Source of the DNA: Phytohabitans rumicis
Lineage (GTDB): Bacteria; Actinomycetota; Actinomycetes; Mycobacteriales; Micromonosporaceae
NCBI RefSeq assembly: GCF_011764445.1
Contig: NZ_BLPG01000001.1
Span: 8,143,316 to 8,175,315, forward strand
Length of the DNA: 32,000 bases
Direction of reading: 5' to 3'
A program made the position numbers and the translations under genes. The notes beneath the pieces are model-generated. The model saw only the letters and a program-made list of their open reading frames with translations. It was not told the DNA's origin and searched no databases. Below are positions 27,080 to 32,000 of the stretch, piece after piece; positions within the stretch are counted from its first letter, which is position 1; each line of letters starts with the position of its first letter.

Positions 27080-27511
27080 ATGGCAACCAGTCGGCCGTTC
27101 CCGCGACATCGCCCGTACCTGTGCCCGGAGCCGGGTCTGACGGGAATGACCATCGCGGTCGCTGGCGAGCCGCGGACCGGGCCCGACGCGGCCACCCTGG
27201 TCGCGCGCCTGGCCGAGCTCGCGGTCAACGACGAACTGCTGGTCGTCTTCGGATCGGCCGATCGCCGGCCGGGCGTCGACGCGTACGCGGTGCTGGCCGG
27301 CCTGCGCGACTGCCTGCCCCGGCACGACCTGGTCGTCATCCACCTGCGGCCGTCCGCCGACGTGATGGAGTGGCGCGACGGCGCCCTGCTGGACGAGCTG
27401 ATGGAGTGCGGCGCCCTGCCAATAGTGATCACATCGGCGAGGGCGGCGCCCGAGATCGCCATCCGGCTGTCGGATCTCTTACACGCGGATCGCATCCTGA
27501 CGGTGTTGTAG
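27080..27511 (+). CDS. hypothetical protein (121-143 aa depending on start)
   Basis: Good GC3 bias from approx. 27146 onward (MTIAVAGEPRTGPD...). The alternative start is ATG at 27146. It contains a TTA codon at 27479-27481. I recognise no motif. Confidence 0.5.
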   Translation: MATSRPFPRHRPYLCPEPGLTGMTIAVAGEPRTGPDAATLVARLAELAVNDELLVVFGSADRRPGVDAYAVLAGLRDCLPRHDLVVIHLRPSADVMEWRDGALLDELMECGALPIVITSARAAPEIAIRLSDLLHADRILTVL

Positions 27512-27541
27512 CCTCTCCCTGCATACCGAGAGGACCGGCGG

Positions 27542-28357
27542 ATGGCTGACGCGTGGGACGCGAAACTGCGTACGGCGGCGCTGTTCACCCTCTTCATCCC
27601 GCTGGCCTTCAGCGAAGACTTCGTCCAGGCGGCGGCCGCGGGCGGGCGGTGGCAGGAGCCGGCCTGGCTCTTCGTCGTCGTCGACGCGCTGCTCCTGGGG
27701 GTCCTGGCGGCACTCCTTCTCGCACTGGGCCGCGCCGCGGTCCCGTGGCGCGGGTACGCCCTCGGCGCGGGCCTCTACCTCGCCCTCGACGTCGTGTCCT
27801 GGCAGGCGCCGGACGGGTGGCGTGACCGCTTCCTGTTCGTCATCCCGATGTCCCTGGCGTACGTCGCGCTGTTGGTGCTCTTCGCGGCCCTCCTCTTCCC
27901 GGCGGAAAGCCCGCGCTCCCGACTGAGCACCCTGACCCCGCTCGCCCTCGGCACCTTCGCCGCCTACATCGGAGCGGAGTACTGGGACGCCCTCTCCCGA
28001 GGAGCCGGCGACGCGCCGCAAACCATCAGCCAGGAGTACTTCGCGCAGGCCAGCCAGGTCATCCCCCTGCTGCTCATCGCGATCGGGTTCGAGGCGCGGT
28101 TCTTCCAGAGATACGCGAGCCAGCCGCTGGGCCGCGCGGTCACGATCGTCACCGTCGCCGTGCTGTGCATCGGCGGGGCGATGGCGCTGACCACGCTGCC
28201 CATGCAGAGCCGAGCCGGAGCGGCGGGCGGCTGGTACGAGTACGCCGCCTTCGTCATCAGCCTCGAAGGCGCCTCCGTCGGTTTCGCCATGCTGTTCGTC
28301 GCGTTGATCTCACTGGTGAACGTCCAGCGTCCGGCGCCGCCGGCCACCGATTCCTGA
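27542..28357 (+). CDS. integral membrane protein (about 7 hydrophobic segments), unknown function
   Basis: 271 aa with the RBS gagagga. There are multiple long hydrophobic stretches. Confidence 0.65.
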   Translation: MADAWDAKLRTAALFTLFIPLAFSEDFVQAAAAGGRWQEPAWLFVVVDALLLGVLAALLLALGRAAVPWRGYALGAGLYLALDVVSWQAPDGWRDRFLFVIPMSLAYVALLVLFAALLFPAESPRSRLSTLTPLALGTFAAYIGAEYWDALSRGAGDAPQTISQEYFAQASQVIPLLLIAIGFEARFFQRYASQPLGRAVTIVTVAVLCIGGAMALTTLPMQSRAGAAGGWYEYAAFVISLEGASVGFAMLFVALISLVNVQRPAPPATDS

Positions 28358-28373
28358 GATACCGCCGCGCCCC

Positions 28374-30292
28374 GTGGGGAGAATCCGGGCTATGGTCCGG
28401 TGGGTATGGGCGGGTGTGGCCGGAATCGGCGCCGCCCTCGCCGTCGTGTCACCCGCCCGCGCCGACCTCGCCGACGAGACGGCGCTCGCCGAGCGGTACG
28501 CGCCGGTGGTCCGGCTGGTCGCGCAGACCGAGGAATGCGGATACGGCGAGCCGTACTGGCCGATGGACGTGGACGCGCTCTTCGACCAGCCGACCGTGGC
28601 GCTGCGCGGGCCCTGGACCGGCGCCGACCTGGTGAAGATCGGGCCGACCGCGCCCGACCTGGCCGGCGACCTGTACGAGTACCACCTGGACTTTCCCGGC
28701 AACCCGCTGCAGCCGGGATGCGGGTACGAGCAGTGGGCCGACCAGATCACGCAGGGCCGCCTCCCGACCGTGTACGCGCACGTGGCCACCGACCCGGGCG
28801 CACCCGGCAAGCTGGCCCTGCAGTACTGGTTCTTCTACGCGTTCAACGACTTCAACAACACCCACGAGGGCGACTGGGAGATGATCCAGATCGTCTTCGA
28901 CGCCGGCGACGCGGCCGAGGCGCTGGCGGTCACGCCGGCCGAGGTCGGCTACAGCCAGCACGAGGGCGCCGAACGGGCCGACTGGGGCGCCGACAAGCTG
29001 GCGCTGGTCGACGGCACCCACCCGGTCGTACACCCGGCCGCCGGCTCGCACGCGAACTTCTTCGAGGACGGGCTTTACCTCGGCAGCTCCGGCCAGCAGG
29101 GGGTCGGCTGCGACGACGCGACCACGCCGACCGTCGAGCTGCGGCCCCGGGTACGCACGATCCCGAGCGACCCGGCGGCGGCGCACCGGGAGTTCCCGTG
29201 GATCGCGTACGAAGGGCGCTGGGGCGAGCTGCAGACGGCCTTCTACAACGGCCCGACCGGCCCGAACCTCAAGCGCCAGTGGACCGAGCCGATCGCGTAC
29301 ACCGAGGACTGGCGCAACCGCAGCTACGCGGTGCCGGCCGGCGGGCTGCTCGGCACCGAGGCGACGGACTTCTTCTGCTCGGCCCTGCGCACCGGCTCGG
29401 ACACGCTTCGGCGTACCGTCGACGATCCCTCCCAGACGCTGCTGCCGCTGGCGTTGCTGCTGGTGGTCGCGGCGCTCGCGATCCGGGCCACGACCTGGCG
29501 GCCCGCCGCGCCGCTGCGAGTGGCGCGGCGGCGGGCGTGGGGCAGGTACTGGCCGCCGCGGCGCGGATGTACCTGACCCGGTGGCCGCTGTTCATCGGCA
29601 TCGCGGCGGTGTTCATACCGATCGCGCTGGTCATCGCGGCCGTCGAGGCCGCCGTTTTCGGCAGCGCCAGCATCGCCGGGATCGACACGTCCGGCGAGAG
29701 CGGCGGGGTGTTCGCGTCCCTCGCCGTCGCGGTCGCCGCCCTCCTCACGCTCGGGGGCGTCGGCCTGGTGCAGGCCGCCACCGCGCGGGCGCTCGCCGAG
29801 GTGGACGCCGGGCGCCCGATCGGGCCGCTGCGGGCGTACCGGATGGCGTTGGGCCGCTTCCCGGCGCTGCTCGGGGCGCTGGCGATCGCGGTCGGCGCGG
29901 TCGTGCTGCTCGGGCTGAGCGTGGCGCTGCTGCCGGTCGCGATCTGGCTGGCCGGGCGGTGGGCGCTGCTCGCCCAGGCGGTCGAGCTGGAGGGCGAGTC
30001 GGTGCTGGGCGCCCTGCGCCGCAGCGGCCGGCTGGTCCGCCGGCGCTGGTTCAAGACCACGTCGCTGGTCGTCGCCGGCGCCGCGATCGCGCTGGTGCTC
30101 GGCCCGGTGCTAGGCATGATCCTGATCTTCGGAACCGACGCGCCGTTCACCCTCGTCAACGTCGTCGCCGGGCTCGTCTACCTGCTGGCGATGCCGTTCG
30201 TCGCGCTCACCACGGCGTATGTCTACCACGACGCGGTCGTCCGGGAGGCGCTCGCGGGCGATGAGGATGACGTTCTGCCAGCCCAGATATGA
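28374..30292 (+). pseudogene. secreted Vps62/DUF946-like domain fused to a multi-pass membrane domain; frame broken by an apparent 1-bp deletion at 29539-29542
   Basis: Frame 3 gives a signal peptide (VWAGVAGIGAALAVVSPARA) and the motif YWFFYAFNDFNNTHEGDWEMIQIVF. After ...RRRAW(G) the sensible continuation QVLAAAARMYLTRWPLFIGIAAVF..., a 6-TM-like domain running to 30292, lies in frame 2. The join needs GGGGG instead of GGGG. Confidence 0.7.
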
Positions 30293-30304
30293 CATGCTGG
30301 CGTC

Positions 30305-31528
30305 GTGGACAAGATCGACTGGCGGACGAAGGGCATCTGGTGGCCGGGGCCGCCGGTCACCCCCGCCGAGTTCGCCGCCGCGCGGCACGACCTCTTCGGC
30401 GGGGCGTTCACCTGGCCGGTGCTGGTCGCCGACGGGGCCGCCATCGCGCACAACATCGACACGCTCGCCGCGTTCTGCGCGCGGCACGGGCTGGAGTTCG
30501 CCCCGCACGGCAAGACCACCATGGCGCCGTCGCTGTTCGAGGCCCAACTGCGGGCCGGTGCCTGCGCGATCACCGTCGCGACCGCCAACCAGGTGCTCGC
30601 CTGCCGGGCGCTCGGCGTACCGGCCGTGCTGCTCGCCAACGAACTGGTCGACCCCGGCCCGCTGCGCTGGGTCGCCCAGGAGGTCGAACGGGGCTTCGAC
30701 TTCCTCTGCTACGCCGACTCACTCGCCGGCGTGCGGGCCATGTCGTCAGCGGTCGCATCGGTGCCGGGCGACCGGCCGCTCCGCGTCCTCGTCGAGCTGG
30801 GTCACCCGGGCGGGCGCACCGGCTGCCGTACCCCGCAGGAACTGGCCGAGGTCGCGCGGGCGGTGATCGCCGCGCCCCGGCTCACGCTCGCCGGCGTCGC
30901 CGGGTACGAGGGCGGGCTGCCCGACGCGCCCGCCGTCGCCGCGTACCTGGACGGGCTGCGCGCCGCCGTCCGGGACCTGGCGGACGAGGGCCTGCTGCCC
31001 GACCCGGTGATCGTCACCGCGGGCGGCAGCAAGTACTTCGACCTGGTCGCGTCGAAACTGGCCGGATCCTGGCTGCCGGGCTACCAACTGCGCACCATCC
31101 TGCGCAGCGGCGCGTACATCAGCCACGACGACGGCACGTACCGCGAGCAGACCCCGTTCCGGCGCGTCCCCGGCGAGGGCGCCCTCGAAGCCGCGCTGGA
31201 GATCTGGGCCCAGGTGACCTCCACCCCGGAGAAGGGGCTCGCCATCGTCGGCATGGGCAAGCGCGAGGCGCCGTACGACGAGGGCCTGCCGGTGCCCCGC
31301 AAGATCCGCGGCCTCGACGGCACGGCGCGCGCCGCCGACGGGTTGCGCGTCACGGCCATCAACGACCATCACGCGTACGTCGAGGTGCCGCCCGACGTGG
31401 AGTTGGTCCCGGGAGAGCTGGTCGCCTTCGGCATCTCCCACCCCTGCACCGCCTTCGACAAGTGGCAAGTGATCCCCGTAGTAGATCCCGCCTACAAGGT
31501 CATAGACCTAATCCACACCCACTTCTAA
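30305..31528 (+). CDS. PLP-dependent amino-acid deaminase/aldolase, alanine-racemase-N-terminal fold (D-serine dehydratase DSD1-like)
   Basis: 407 aa with a GTG start. The candidate PLP-lysine motif is FAPHGKTTMAP. The barrel is followed by a C-terminal beta domain ending in DHHAYV...GISHPCTAFDKW. Confidence 0.75.
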   Translation: MDKIDWRTKGIWWPGPPVTPAEFAAARHDLFGGAFTWPVLVADGAAIAHNIDTLAAFCARHGLEFAPHGKTTMAPSLFEAQLRAGACAITVATANQVLACRALGVPAVLLANELVDPGPLRWVAQEVERGFDFLCYADSLAGVRAMSSAVASVPGDRPLRVLVELGHPGGRTGCRTPQELAEVARAVIAAPRLTLAGVAGYEGGLPDAPAVAAYLDGLRAAVRDLADEGLLPDPVIVTAGGSKYFDLVASKLAGSWLPGYQLRTILRSGAYISHDDGTYREQTPFRRVPGEGALEAALEIWAQVTSTPEKGLAIVGMGKREAPYDEGLPVPRKIRGLDGTARAADGLRVTAINDHHAYVEVPPDVELVPGELVAFGISHPCTAFDKWQVIPVVDPAYKVIDLIHTHF

Positions 31529-31583
31529 CCCCTCCCCCGCGCCCCCCGCTTTCGCCGCTCCTTTGCCGGCGCCGCCGCTTTTG

Positions 31584-31686
31584 CCGTCGATCAAGGGCAA
31601 ACGGTCGTGCTTTGATCTCCAAACCACGACCCTTTGCCCTTGATCGGCGTGGAATCCCTTGATCGACGCGCCTTTCCTTGATCTGG
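31584..31686. repeat. H element copy D (57-nt core 31589-31645, loop CTTTGATCTCCAAA), with three right-hand CCTTGATC iterons
   Basis: Same core as copies A-C. It begins 55 nt after the deaminase stop. Confidence 0.85.
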
Positions 31687-31728
31687 CGCCCGCCGGGGCT
31701 GCGGGCTTGCGGGCTTGCCGGGGCGCGG

Positions 31729-31873
31729 GCTCGGCGCCTTGCCCCAGTAGGGGTCCCCTTCTGGGCGACCCGACGTGAGTAGGGCTCCCCTATACCGGTC
31801 CTCGCGGGTATAGGGGAGCCCTACTCACGCCGGAACCCCAAGAGGGGACCCCTACTGGGGCAAGGCGCCGAGC
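31729..31873. repeat. P element copy 2: 145-bp nested palindrome
   Basis: The outer 30-bp perfect arms are GCTCGGCGCCTTGCCCCAGTAGGGGTCCCC (31729-31758) and its reverse complement (31844-31873). The inner 23-bp perfect arms are CGTGAGTAGGGCTCCCCTATACC (31774-31796) / GGTATAGGGGAGCCCTACTCACG (31807-31829). Confidence 0.9.
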
Positions 31874-31922
31874 GGGCAAGGCGAGCCCACCCACCCACGC
31901 CAACACCTCCCACCCCCGCACC

Positions 31923-32000
31923 GCGTCGATCAAGGGAAAGCCCGTCGATCAAGGGCAAAGGGTCGTGGTTCGGAGATCAAAGCACGACCATTTGTCCTTG
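31923..32000. repeat. H element copy E (core starts 31947, truncated by the window end), inverted relative to copy D
   Basis: GCGTCGATCAAGGGAAAGCCCGTCGATCAAGGGCAAAGGGTCGTGGTTCGGAGATCAAAGCACGACCATTTGTCCTTG is about 90% identical to the reverse complement of copy D. Confidence 0.8.

Overview
High-GC actinobacterial chromosomal segment. The GC3 codon bias is strong, and a Micromonosporaceae or Streptomyces-like host is only an inference. I support about 36 protein-coding genes and find no rRNA, tRNA, CRISPR array, transposase or integrase.

The centrepiece is an 11-gene minus-strand operon (14079-22201) for a group 1h/5 (Hhy-type, high-affinity) [NiFe]-hydrogenase. It comprises hhyS, hhyL, a NifU/Cys4 HhyE-like protein, three translationally coupled unknowns, the maturation protease, a 34-aa micro-ORF, hypA, hypC and a terminal unknown gene. 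hypB/D/E/F are absent from the window.

Upstream of the operon lies a 43% GC divergent control region. It is followed on the plus strand by two HTH proteins and an Fe(III)-type ABC importer.

Other content:
- a beta-helix-like protein, a small membrane protein and a HemK-related methyltransferase
- a PadR / FAD-monooxygenase operon
- a TetR / SDR / VOC unit
- an M28 aminopeptidase
- a MarR regulator divergent from a luciferase-like (LLM)-hemerythrin fusion
- a secreted GH3-CBM2 beta-glucosidase
- three unknown or membrane proteins
- a PLP amino-acid deaminase-like enzyme

Two things the gene calls do not explain:
1. A family of nested palindromic intergenic repeats. There are five copies of a 57-nt-core hairpin element carrying CGTCGATCAAGG iterons, and two copies of a long GGGGAGCCC palindrome. 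They sit just 3' of genes and combine into composite mega-palindromes at 13.35-14.06 kb and 31.53-32.0 kb.
2. Five apparent frameshifts. Each behaves as a 1-bp deletion in a G or C homopolymer, so consensus error is more likely than pseudogenisation.
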